A stretch of 57,773 bases of DNA from Hydrurus foetidus (lineage: Eukaryota): assembly GCA_900617105.1 (NCBI GenBank), contig UYFQ01000497.1, positions 1-57,773 of the forward strand. Direction: 5' to 3'. The translations under genes were made by a program, and so were the position numbers. Under the pieces are notes generated by a model. The model had not been told where the DNA came from, searched no databases, and worked only from the letters and a program-made list of their open reading frames with translations. Positions 27,101 through 38,265 of this stretch are shown here, piece after piece (position 1 is the first letter of the stretch; each line of letters starts with the position of its first letter).

Positions 27101-30100
27101 GAGGGAAGGCACTAGACATCCCCATTCCTGTCTCCGTCCCATTCCCTTCTTTCGTACGATCACTACCCACTGACACCACACCGACATTGTCCTGCTTCGC
27201 CCTATCCGGTGTGCTGAAGTACGAACTCAGCGTCACCTCAGATCTTAGGGGTGAAGAGTTCAACGACCCCCTACTTTTCCGGCGTGGCATGTCAGTGGGA
27301 ACCATACGGTCAATTTCATCGGCTGGCCGAAACGAGTCCGGTCTGTCCCGATATTCTCGGCTAATGTCCCAGTTACTCTCTTCTAATCCGACAGAATATG
27401 GTGTCACCTGCGTTTCAGTATCACAAATATAACGTAATGTAGAGATGTGAGGAACTTCAGCGAGGTGTGTGAGATGTAGAAAGAGTGCACTAAAGTTTAG
27501 TATTCCATCCACGCCTTTAAAATAGCCTGACACATAGAGAGTAAGTACGTATATACGTACCGGCAGATTATCCAGTAGACATGGACTAGTGGAGGGGGAT
27601 AGGGGAGGAAGCTGAGCGGATGGTGTGTTGAAGAGAGGCGAGTCGGGATATCTTGTAGGGGTTACTGTGATGCTCAGTGGCGAGTCGAGGTGCTTTGAAG
27701 GAGTCACTTTGATCAGGGGAGAGCGGTCATTGTAGATACGGGAGGAAACCGCAGGGTGGGGCAGTGTGCGTGTGAGAGGAGGGGACATCGGTGCGTTCCT
27801 CGATTGCCCTGAACTGTCAGCTGATAAGATGGCCGTCCATACCGTGTCTTCCCCTGCACCGAACGACCGGGAGGTCTCGGCATGACCCCATTCAATCGGG
27901 GTCAGAACAGGTGGGGCCAGGGAGTCTTCTGGGGTTGAGTCGCATAGGTCTTGCAACCAGTCCACCACATCCCCTGAAGCTGGTCTGTTAGGAACATCAT
28001 CGCTGACGCACTGCAATGCCAACGCAATCAGAGAGTCGGGGGAGTCGGGGGGGAGCATACTCCGTATAGAATCCTCGTCAAGGCGGAACCTAGACCGTAC
28101 AGTGGAATCAGTGAGGAATCCGGTTAAATATTGGTTCGAAGGAACAGTGATTGGAAGGTATGTGCTTACGCACGGAGTGAGATGAGATGTGGATGGATAG
28201 GAGATGTGATGAGCACTGAATGTCAATGGGACAGTTACATCAGTGGACACTGGCTTGAAATGATAAGTGCTGTGACGCGCTCCCTCTCAGTGGTGAGAGT
28301 CACAGTCGACAGCTTGAGTAACAGAGAAGAAGAACGCTTTCATCTTCGTGTGCATTCACACCATCAGCTATTTCCCTGCTACCTACAGTAGGATAATTCC
28401 ACCACTGTAACTCCTCTCTCCTCCCTCCCACTACTGTCCTCTCGTCTTGCCTTGTGATCCTCTCTTAACCTGCTGTCTGTCTCTCCTAATCCCGTCTCAT
28501 TAATGTCGAGATGTGACCTGATATGCAAGACCGTGCTCTGCTGCTGTCTTCTCAGTATTCCAAGCACCGACCTACTGAACTCTTCTCTACCACACAAAAC
28601 TACGTTTCCGATACGATCTTCACTTTCTAACACCCTCTTTCTCCCATCTTACTTTCAGATGCACAAATACATGACGAAAACAGAAGTAATGATGCACAGG
28701 CAAAGCGGTTAACCGAGTGAACAATTTTAAGTGAACAAATAGGGAGAGAGAGAGTGTGTGTGAGTGAGTGAGAGAGAGAGGGAGAGAAAGAGAGAGGGCG
28801 AGAAAGAGAGAGGGAGTGAGAGAGATGTAGTGTGACACAATAGAGCGCTAAAAAACCCTAGAAGTCTCAAAAAGAACGCACAAAGTACTTACAAAGTTCT
28901 CGGATTTCTCTCAGCGAATCCTGCGTGACCCACTTTGCATCTCTTCAGCACCTCAAGCAAAACCATTCCAAAGGAAAACATGTCCACCTCGAAAGAGTAG
29001 GAATCTTCATCAAACATTAGTTCGGGTGCCATATACTCTGCTGTACCGCACAATGTCATCCTAGATTAGGTGGTGAATAAGATTATTAGATAAGGTCTGT
29101 ATTAGGGAATAGTTGTTCGATAAAACGATTAGATGGTGTCATGATAGGGAAAAGGTGGTAGATTAGATAGTTAGATGATGTGCCGTACCGATAATAAATT
29201 GGTATATAAGAATGTTAGATGCTGGATCATACTAATAGAGTGGTGATAGAAGAGAAGGAGCAAATGCATATTGATTGATGTGTAGAGAGGAAGGAGTGGT
29301 GGAGGAGTAGAGAGGACAGGAAGAGATACGGTAGATGTAGTTGAGAGTGCGTTTGTTAACATCGAGTAGTTGTACATCAAGAAATTTTCGTATTCTGTAG
29401 ATTGCAGAAGAACAGAAGACAGAAAATGTTTTGTTCGCAGAAAGGGAGGGAGGGTTTGTTGGTTAGGAATGGCGGGTAGGAGAACAGAACAGAACAGATG
29501 AGAAATGTCGCTGTACAACTCAAAGAAGTGACAGGGAAAAAGTTGTGAGAGCTTGTTGATATGATACAGTGCTGAATTCTAAACGTATTTGTTTTCGTAA
29601 ATATAGGTATCGTGGATTTCAGAAATGGGATTGGAAATGGAAGCGTTTGGGGTGCTAATCTTTCTCTTAAATTCATTTGTGTCGCAGGATTACTGCAGGG
29701 CAGGTGGTACGCAGCAGAACTAAAAAAGTGGTATATGAATAGAAAAGTCTTTCAATCCACGACAACATGCAAAATGTGATTTGATCATATGATAGGGTGG
29801 GGTGGTGCTTGTTTTTATCATGTGAGTTGAATATTTGAATAGACTTCCTCTTAATAATTGAAAATCAAAGTAATGAGCCATCAAGATACTTACTTTCTTG
29901 AGACATTTGGATCTATTTCTACAGCCATGCCGAAGTCGCAGATCTTGCATTGCCAATCTTGATCAATCAGAAGATTCGATGACTTGATATCCCGATGAAT
30001 GAAATTGTTCTCATGTAAGTAATTTATTGCTGATGCTGCCTGCAGAGCTATCTTGATTCGGAACTTCCACCCCAAATGATGGTTTTCATTTATGAGTAAC

Positions 30101-30423
30101 TCCAGTAAATCGCCACCTTGACAGAATTCAGTGACTAGATACAGCGCATGCTCACAGCCATCATCGTTTACTTCATTGTAAGCACCAAAAAAAGATATGA
30201 GATTCTCATGCTTCGCTTTTTGCAGTAAGGATATTTCCCTGATTAAATAAGTCTCCAGGACTTTCGCTTCTCTCACTTGCTTCTTAACAGCTACATAGTC
30301 TCCAAAATATTTCCCCAGATAAACGGTGGCAAATTGTCCCTGACCAATTAGAGGCCCTATTGCAATGTCCTTGATGTCGAGCAGGTAATCATCCTCATCA
30401 GCAGCTTCTGCGCTGATGTTCAT
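24124..30423 (-). CDS. TKL-group (LISK/TESK/LIMK-like) protein kinase with a long Ser/Pro-rich linker, a PH domain and a C-terminal PX-like region; multi-exon
   Basis: Exon 1 (30423-29894): IGQGQFATVY, VAVK, HRDIKSSN, DFG. Exon ~29060-28893: MTLCGTAEYMAPE...DMFSFGMVL. Next exon: QCVSDDVPNRP. The PH domain is split over exons: GILYKKNSTG|FFRNWKKVCVTISGSTLKW...REFAAESVPDMDEWVARL. The last exon corresponds to ORF 24124-24798. Confidence 0.85.
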
Positions 30424-31358
30424 GTTTTCCCCGAGAGGTCGGTGATGTGTTATCGCTGGTTGTTTTATCAAAGTAGTAAAAGCAGATATTGAGCTGACTC
30501 CAGTTTTCTGAAACGCACTGCATTAAACGAGGTGATCCACAGTGACTACCTAGGGTTCTGATTTCAGTACACCCACGCAATTGATGATAAGACTCCAGTA
30601 GTTGTTCGTTTATTAAAGTAGTCGTGATATTCGTAACGGCATGGATGTTCATGTACATCGCATCGCATCGTCGTCTTGTTGATGTGGAACCAAGTCGGGT
30701 GTTTTTGTTTTTTTCCTCAAAATAAAACGCACAGATCAAAACGGAAAACACGAACACAACCGACAAAAGACAAAATGAAATCAAACGAGAAACTGAAAAG
30801 TGTGTGGGCACTTTTATTTTTTGTTAGGGTGGAGAGATATGCCAACTGCCACAATTCCACTTACATCGCGCATTTTTACTTACGTGCTTCGACATCTTCT
30901 GCAATGATGTGATTATGAATATGGAATCGCTTCGAAAATATGATAAATTGCGAAAATTCGTTGAGTTTACACGAGCCAGTCGCTCCGTAAAGTATCAGCG
31001 GCCATGAGACAGCGGATAAATCGGTATGATTCAGTCAAGAATGAAAGCAGCACCAAAACGATTTCATATTCTTCGCTTGACGGTCTTATAAGCTTACCAA
31101 GAATGCTTGGAATGCATAAAAATAAAAAAATGATGGCATAGAAAAGGTGGCGCAAGAAACCATCATAGGAAATCAAAATTCAGACGTTCAATATGAATTT
31201 AATAGCTCAAAGAGCTGGTATCTAAAATGTAAGATTTACCATCTCAGAGGAGTCCCAGGAAAGAAATTAGTATTTCATATTTCGAACTGAGATACTAATT
31301 AACTTGTGTAACTTGTAACTTATAATTTGAGAATTGACGCCTGACAAACAAAATAATG

Positions 31359-31988
31359 CTAAAAGAATTTCTTAGTTTTCTTCATTGCAACACGTACATG
31401 CATTGGTAATAGTTTGAAGTCTTCTTTGCTCATTGAGAAAACTTTGAAGAAGTCGTCAGCTGTGAGGTATTCTTCCCTTTTCGATGCATTCACGTTGGTA
31501 GGCCATGAAACTCCAGCCAAAAGTGCTGCGATAGGAAAATAGCCCGTCTGTGTGCTGTGTTCAATATTACACACTTCTCTCTCAATAGCTTTACCGCCTC
31601 GGTAATTCGCCATTGTTTTTTTTGCGGCAATGCACTCAACGTTAAGATTTTTCAGCGACGAAATTACGTCCCCTCCAAAACATTTTTCAAGCTCCTCCTC
31701 ATCATAACAATCGAATAGCATCGACCCGCGCTGTTTCAGCAGTGTGAGTATTCGATGCCATAGCTCGCGATAATTTGAAATAGATGCTATATTGGGGATT
31801 TTCAATGCTAAATTTGCAGCTTCCTCAATCGAATTCGGGAAACCTCCTCGTACCATAGCGCATACACAGATGTCGTTTAAAGTCAGCACCTTTCTGTCGG
31901 TACAGTATAAGCTGTCATCGCCATCATCTGGTGGATCAGAAAAAGAATCTTCGAGAATATGAGAGTTTGTTGAATTCTCTGCAGTCAT
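31359..31988 (-). CDS. Small protein with a C-terminal villin headpiece (VHP) domain
   Basis: The C-terminus WPTNVNASKREEYLTADDFFKVFSMSKEDFKLLPMHVRVAMKKTKKFF* matches the headpiece pattern (E.YL...F..VF.M....F..LP.W.....KK...LF). An additional upstream exon cannot be excluded. Confidence 0.8.
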   Translation of the reverse strand: MTAENSTNSHILEDSFSDPPDDGDDSLYCTDRKVLTLNDICVCAMVRGGFPNSIEEAANLALKIPNIASISNYRELWHRILTLLKQRGSMLFDCYDEEELEKCFGGDVISSLKNLNVECIAAKKTMANYRGGKAIEREVCNIEHSTQTGYFPIAALLAGVSWPTNVNASKREEYLTADDFFKVFSMSKEDFKLLPMHVRVAMKKTKKFF

Positions 31989-32764
31989 CACGGCTGACCC
32001 TGAAAAATTTGGTTGACTATGAAAATAAAAAATGGCTTCAGTCAGATGCGTTTCTGAAGTAGGAATCCCTCACAGATTTGAAGGCTTTTTCAGATACATC
32101 TCGTATTGATCTGCTGGGCGATTGGTCCACGAAGAGGCCTACAGAGGTTCAGAGTTCAGAATCGAATGTGAAGTGAAGTCAAAAATTGGAAATACCAAAT
32201 TTGAAATAATCCGAAACGTGTGAGGGTAGTGATCTGGGTTGTGGCAGCTTCAACTTCAACTTTCAACCGTAAGCAGAAAGTAAAAAGTGACGAACGTCAA
32301 CTCGAGACCAAAAAAGATGTCTGCAGTGTTTCTGGATAATTCCAAATTGTAATATTTGAGGAACCCAACAGTGTAGGTCAGCATTGATCAGAGCGGTCGA
32401 GAGTCGAGACGCGAAGCGTTGTGGCGATTCATTAGTGTTACAAATGACACACTGGATTATTTTGATTTTGTTCGTTGTAGGCGTTATCAAAATCTTCGAT
32501 AATCTTGACATTCTCTCTGCTTTATTTTAATATTTATGTACAGTCAATGCTCGCAGATACATTACAATAACTAAAAATCAATTTAGCGTTACGTTTGCCG
32601 CACTACCCTCTATTTTCTTTTCTACTGTACACTCAATGCTGTCGTCTGTAACTGGAGTTCAACTAAAAAGCGTCATTTCATTTCAAAAGCCGTTACACTT
32701 CTAATTCCGCTGTTGCTGCATTCGAACGATCCATCACAAACACAACATCATCAAGTGAGAAGAT

Positions 32765-35700
32765 CTAGTCGTCGTCAACCAAATTTTGATCAACTTTTGA
32801 CTTTCTGCCGTCCACTGACGTACGTAAGTACGCACTTATGAAATCGTCCAAATCTCCATCCATCACATCTTGCACCTGCAGACGATAAATCGAAATAAAG
32901 TAATGAGTTACGTAAGAAGAGCCAAGTGCAGCACTTTTTGTGAATGTCGCTGTAAGTTCTGTTTGAGTAGAGTGTTTTGCAAACTGTTTCCACTCATTCT
33001 CAATGGATCCTTGATGGTATAAAAAATAATAACCGGGAGTGTCGTACTACATCCGTGTTTTGTGTTCTGTATTTTGTATACCTGAGATGTCTCGAATCCG
33101 GTTCTGGTGTCCTTCACCATTTTATACGGTGCGAACACGTAGTTTCTGGACAATTAAAGTAGCCGTGTCAAAGGATTAAATGAGACGAGACAAGGAGGGA
33201 CCGGATGGGATGGGATGGGATAGACTACTGTGCGACAGTGTAGATAGGAGGATCAGAGAGCAGTGTAAAAGTTGAAGATGGACAGATGTGACACGCAAAG
33301 CGAGTCTGTCAGTGAGAATCAGTGATGAGTGAGTCTTCTTCGGACGACATGTTTCTGATGAGGAAGTGCGTTCGATAAGTTGTCATCGTTATCATGCTCC
33401 TTGATTCGATACAATTATTTACTCGATGAGTCCCTCTCTCTTATCTACTCATTCACCAACCCATTCCATTTCTCGCTCATCGCATCTACCACTTCCCCTC
33501 CCTCTTTCTTTCCGTTCCACCCTCCCTTCCTCCATTTCTTTCCCCCCATCTCTCCCTCCCTCTATCCCTCTAACTAGCGCACACCGATTCCCACCACGAC
33601 ACACGCTCTCAGCAACACTCCCCCACTACAACCCTCCCCCTCCCCCTCCCCTACATACCACCAACTCACCTAATCTGCATGCCGAAAGAGGCCTCTACTA
33701 AATCGCCCTTGATTTCGTTAAAATCTGACAAAGCTTGGTCCTGTGCAATGACACTCAGCTTTTCTTTGAGTCTTTTCAGCGCCTCTGCTCTGTTGAGCAT
33801 TTGACTTCTTTCTATAATAATAGTACGACAATTGGGACGGTTGTTACTAGAACAGGGTTATATTGAGATGAGTCAGCTGTGATGTGTGGTGCAATACAGT
33901 GTGAGAAGCCGGCAAAACAATAAAATATATAAATCGGATGAAAAATAAGAGGATTTTCGATGGCAAAAACGTTTGCAACATGTAATAGGGAAAGAAGTCT
34001 GTAAGAGATAGACAATTGTATTAGAACACATAAGTAACAGAGTAAGTGCGTATGTGAATAAGTACGGTAGTAACGTACGCACCAGTGCTGCATCTGATGA
34101 GCAGACCAGAAGGCAAGTGTCTAATTCTGACAGCCGTTTCGACTTTGTTCACATTCTGTCCACCTGCACCACCCGATCTCATTGTGGTGATCTCCATGTC
34201 CTGTGTGTGTGTGTGAGTGTGAGTGTTCGTAAGTGTGTGAGTGTAAGTGTGTGTCCGGGGTGGGGGAAGGGGGAAGGGGGTATCATCAGGCAGATGAAGA
34301 GGCAGATGGGACTGAGAGGCAGGCAGGTGTTAGGTGTTAGGACGTATAGATGGGACATGAGCACATAGACAAATAAATAGATAGACTCACGGATAAACGG
34401 ACAGACAGATAAATAGACAGATAAATAGACAGATAGATAGACAGATACCCTAGCAGATAGACTGGATAGGAGACTTTCTTATCAACCCACCCACTGACCG
34501 ATTATGACTGAGGAACCCACTGGATGTGAAACACGCAGGTCGCAGAAGGCTTCAAATGGTGCCCAAATATCAAGTGAAGGCTGCGACAGTATGACGTGCC
34601 ATCTCATGCCATAATGTGATATATTGTATTTTATTTCGTATCGTACCATGGATGTCACATCATTTTATATTTCACGAATTCACATCACATCACATCACAT
34701 CACATTACACCATATTACAGTGTAAAATATCACATCACATCTCACCATATCATATCACATCATACCGCAATGTAGAGCACCAAATCATGTCATGTCATAT
34801 CTGACCACCAAACCAATCTAATCTAATCCAATCCTACCTTATCAGGGATATCGATGTTGACGATCTCTTTCTCCTCTAAAATGGGCCATGTTTCGATCCC
34901 AGCAAATGACGTCTGTCGCTTGCCCTGTGCGTTGAAAGGAGAGATACGCACTAACCGGTGGGTACCCTTTTCTCCCGATAAATATCCGTATGCAAACGGT
35001 CCTTCAATTCTCATTTCAACACTTTTTATACCGAAGTCAGCCGGTATCTCCTCCATGATAGTTATCTTGAACCCCCTTCTTTCAGCGAATCTTTTGTACA
35101 TTCGGAATAACATTCCGGCCCAGTCCATGGCCTCTGTTCCACCCGCTCCACTTTGAATGCATAACGTACACCCGAATTTGTCGTACTTACCGGAGAGCAG
35201 TCTTTCCACTTCAAATCCGTCCAGATCTTTTTCTAATCCCCTGAGGGTTCTTAGCACTTCGTCAAGACAACCCGCTGTAAATGATTGTAATGTTATTTTC
35301 GATTAATCGTTAATCATTATTAACTGCTATCAGGAATTGTGATATTATTCTGTCTGAGTAGTGTCGTAATTTACTGCACAATGCTGCTAATTTTAACCGA
35401 TTATTTTGTTCCGGTATAATTATGCAATGAGCTATATTTTGCGGTGTTATTATGTACAGCAAGGAATATAACTATCGACATGGCAGAATGGATGAAAATT
35501 ATCAAACCGCATCAATATAGAGCAAAAATGTGAGGAAAGGGGGATACGGTGAGGGTTCTAGACTGATGTCATCAAGATTTGCTGCGGTTTTATCTTATTT
35601 GCTCATCGATGATCATCATCCACAGCAGTGATCACATACAATAGTATTCGTCACAATTCGAAATAGAAGCGGTAAAATCATGCAACGCATCGCAATTTGA

Positions 35701-36551
35701 TGAGAAAATATGTTCAACACATTCCCCTAAACGTCACATATCAATGGTGTTCTGTTGCTCGTTGGTCGTTGGCAGTAACAGAAGAACAGAAGTGCTACTT
35801 CACGGCTGCGCAAGGCACAGCACATGCAATTATCATACGACATTCACCACGATACTTCGACGAGAATTTAAAATAAAGTATTTATCAGAAAGAAAGACTG
35901 ATGTACAGAGGATATGAAGAAGTGAGAAATGACGGTATGGCAGTATTGGTAACAGTCCTAACACAGACATAATTCAAGAATCTGTTCATGTTAGCACTTC
36001 ATTCAATGACTTTAATCCCCCACTTTTGAATAAGATAGGATTTAATCTTCCAATAGCTTACCTGCTTCTGAGGGGTCTTCGACCGCCATATCCAGTAGCA
36101 TGTCGATATCTTCAGCACTTGTCTTCCAATACTCAACACGCGCAACGAGGGCTTTCACTCTGTTCATTTCAGTAAGCAGATCCTGTGCTTTCTCCTGAGA
36201 ATCCCAGAATCCTGGCTGCGAACTCTCCTCTTCCATGTCACGGACAGATTCTTTTAGCATAGCAACGTTCATGACATCTTTAGATAAGTTACTATCAATC
36301 TTGATTTTGAGTTCAGCAATCTTCCTTCTGGAATCTGGATAAACATTCACGTCGCCTTTGCTTTCTGAAGAAGTATCAGCTAATGTTAAGTGTCCTGCTC
36401 TGGCGTTGCTAGAGGCTAAACCTCCTATCTGTACACTAGAAGGAATGAAGTTACTGCGGCAATGCACTCTGAAGCCATGAAAACCCTCTCCAGGTGATGC
36501 CCAGTAAAGATGCAGCACAGCTGCTAGGGTTGAAATGACGAAGCCTTTCAT
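32765..36551 (-). CDS. prfB: Peptide chain release factor 2 (RF2/PrfB), nucleus-encoded, probably plastid-targeted; about 6 exons
   Basis: Motifs in order: [28 protein letters not shown] (SPF motif of RF2); [21 protein letters not shown] (~34085-34200); ERSQMLNR...[35 protein letters not shown]...DDD* (TAG at 32765-32767). The N-terminus is a hydrophobic signal followed by GEG|F and a Ser/Arg-rich transit-like stretch. Confidence 0.93.
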
Positions 36552-36636
36552 GGCACCACTTTCTGTTGCAACCAATATCACTGCAGCAGAAGAGACAGAA
36601 CTCTAAACTCTTCGAGATTTGCGAAGGCATCACAGT

Positions 36637-36892
36637 CGAAACATACAAAATAAAAAATCCTCAAAACACGGGTTTTCCGAAAATCCTCGGCCATTTTGGA
36701 CCCAAGACCTCGTGTTTTTTTGGATTCCTCGTTTTGAATTCCTCGATCCGAGGGCTTCAAAACGAGGAATTTGAAAACCTCAAAACTCAAAATTACGAAA
36801 AAGTGGCTGGTTCGGTTTCACCGATTTGAGGAATTCTGGAAACCCGTGTTTTGAGGATTCGAGGATTGAGGTTTCGTTTTTTGTATGTTTCG
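36637..36892. mobile_element. Non-autonomous foldback element (MITE-like) just upstream of prfB
   Basis: Termini CGAAACATACAAAA / TTTTGTATGTTTCG; inner inverted pair AATCCTCAAAACACGGGTTT / AAACCCGTGTTTTGAGGATT; central pair ATTCCTCGTTTTGAA / TTCAAAACGAGGAAT. Confidence 0.7.
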
Positions 36893-38265
36893 CATGTCAG
36901 CAAGAAGTTGCGGTGTAGATGCCAGCCGGCTATACCGATTGCTACCGTTAACTTTGAGGCATTGAGTGTGTGATAGGTAAAGTAGTCTGAATTGATTGGT
37001 TTTATTGTAGTTTCGATCTAACAATATCAACAAAGAGTACAATCGTTCAATGTAATGTGCCGCTACAGGGGCAACTATTTCGTTCGTTGGAAAGTTGACA
37101 TTGGAGCTTTCTGGCGAGTTAAAATTGTTCCTCTAAACTTGCTTTCCCGTGACACCTGCGGTTCGTTCCAATATCATTTCTGGTCTCAAATTAGTAATTT
37201 TACTTCTGTCGTTCAGGGATCGTAATCGGGTCGTACCAAAATAGGCAGATGATAAGGCTACCAACAAAAGGTTCTTGTGACGAGCGATGCTTATTTTATT
37301 ATTTGAACTGTTATGTTCAGGCGGGTGTTTACTCTGCCATGGGATCTGAAAACATTCATTAACTGCGAAAACATTTGCAGTTGTACAGCAGGTTTAGTGC
37401 GGATGAACATGTGTGTAATACCAAACAGTAGTACTGCCAAATTTGCAGTCACTTTATCGCACGAAGTAAAGTCAAACCATTGTTGAGTTTAGAAAAGTGA
37501 AAGCATGGTGATTCTAAAGGCTAAGCATCTACAAAGTTCTAGTAGTTCTAAGAAACTCAATTCAATTATAATTTCAAAAATAAAACGTGCGACACAATGT
37601 CTTCTAGAAACTAAGTGTGACAGTTATATCAAATTCTCTAGTCTAGAACTATCTTCAAAGTGAAACAGAATGTGCTCTCTCTGACCAACATTTTTATCGA
37701 GCTTTTACGAAGACGACATCATTGACGGGTGCTGATTCCTCCACAAAATGTTTCTTCCGCAACAGTTTCTAGGTGCTGCAGGGCGTCTGAAGCGGCTGAA
37801 AAATTACGTGTGGAGAGAATGATTGCTCAATGAAGTAGTGTCGTGAGGCGGTACCTGCCTGCGGCAGCATTACTCAAAATTATAGATTAACAGATATAGT
37901 TATTCCCTCTAATGTCATATTTGGAAACCGGTAACTGATTACACTTTAATTTCTTCTATTTACACGGATTGTATTAGCGTCTATAATGATTATTTTAACA
38001 CATTCGTTTATTTGCTCGGTCACACAGTGGTTGCCAAATATGTCTGAATACGCCGTACGTACGTATTCTGTCCCATTCTAGGAGCAGATGGCGATTCTGG
38101 CATCTATGTCTGGAAACCTTTCAAGGTCTATGGAATTCCCTCACCAACCTCTTTCGACTAAATCCCACTGTAGATTGATCTGCACGTCTATTTTATACAT
38201 TTTCGTCAAGTGATTGGGTAATGGTTATCTTATTTCTAGCCCATCCGCTGATCGGGCTAAGTTAG

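Noticed and set aside
36894..37360. Possible small spliced plus-strand gene or C/D snoRNA divergent from prfB
   Set aside because: GT-AG pairs can be drawn (36977-37068, 37161-37216, 37271-37320), but the first exon has stops in the needed frame. The peptide is unrecognisable and I could not identify an rRNA-complementary guide. Unsupported without RNA data.
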